Assembly: GCA_030390025.1 (NCBI GenBank)
Contig: CM059453.1
Location: forward strand, 7,378,001-7,442,000
Reading direction: 5' to 3'
Length of the DNA stretch: 64,000 nucleotides
Source: Squalus acanthias
Lineage: Eukaryota
Under the pieces are notes generated by a model. The model was given only the letters and a program-made list of their open reading frames with translations, was not told the DNA's origin and made no database searches. Below are positions 63,386 to 64,000 of this stretch, one piece after another. Position numbers and translations under genes: made by a program. The stretch's first letter is position 1. Every line of letters starts with the position of its first letter.

Positions 63386-64000
63386 ATTGAGTTTGGTGGA
63401 ATGAATTTTATTATGAATACAATTCCAATTCTGTTAATTGTGTAAGTTTCACATTTGGGATTCCACTGCATGTCATTAGGAAATTCAATTCGTAAATGAC
63501 TGCAATGGAATTCTCGTTTGTCATTGGAGGACCAGGCCCATGTGATCGCAGTGCGCTTCCACACTGCCTGTGCCCCTGAGGATCGTGAGCCATTCGGCTA
63601 CCCTTCGGCACGAGATCTGAGATCGCAACTTTTCACAGCCTGGCTCCAGCAGGTACCTTCGTAATTATATGGCGAGTCGGAGTCGTATTTCCAACCCATC
63701 ATTTTTTCGGACGTATTTGATTTGAGCAGTGATTGTGCATCTGGGTTAAAAAAAAACTCAGGACCTGTCAATCTGATTTCCGCCCACTCACGAAACCACG
63801 TGACTTTCTGCTTTTTTTGACGATTTAATTGGCTCCAATCAGGCTCCACCCACATAGCTAGCCATGCACCCAGGTGAAATTGCGGGAGGATGTAATTACA
63901 GTTTGATCAGTTCACACAGACAGGTTCCATTGGAAATGAGCCCAAAGGAAGTTATGGTGGGAAATGTTGACAGTAATTGCATCAGATGCATTTTTGAAAT

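Larger units (their letters stand above)
47620..64000 (+). other. Segmental duplicate of window 1-~20150
   Basis: Colinear intron, exon and 3' flank similarity from the window start (1 vs ~47620) to the window end (~20150 vs 64000), interrupted by copy-specific TE insertions. Confidence 0.92.

Overview
Vertebrate genomic DNA, most likely a cartilaginous fish (inferred from CR1, Deu-domain SINE and Penelope repeat content). The window holds a cluster of Siglec/MAG-like Ig-superfamily receptor genes, whose exons I reconstructed from splice sites and phases. Gene A (+, 148-17403; leader exon upstream of the window) encodes V-C2-C2-C2-TM with two ITIMs. Gene B (+, 47083-61030) is a segmental-duplication paralog with three Tyr motifs and one Ig exon that has lost its GT donor. 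Pseudogene C (-, 38729-44249) lies head-to-head with B, and an orphan SEYAAIK tail sits at ~33.36 kb. All three V-set domains lack the Siglec 'essential arginine', and the A and B V domains differ strongly in CDR-like loops. Between A and C is a young tandem Penelope-like (Neptune-type) retroelement array (24691-32715, 14-bp TSD). It has an inverted 5' end, one intact RT+GIY-YIG ORF and minimal hammerhead ribozymes spaced one 3202-nt unit apart, and it is inserted in a ~67-bp minisatellite. The rest is CR1 and other LINEs, SINEs, MITE-like elements, a solo LTR and tandem repeats. Many short ORFs in the ORF track are TE fragments or antisense shadows.
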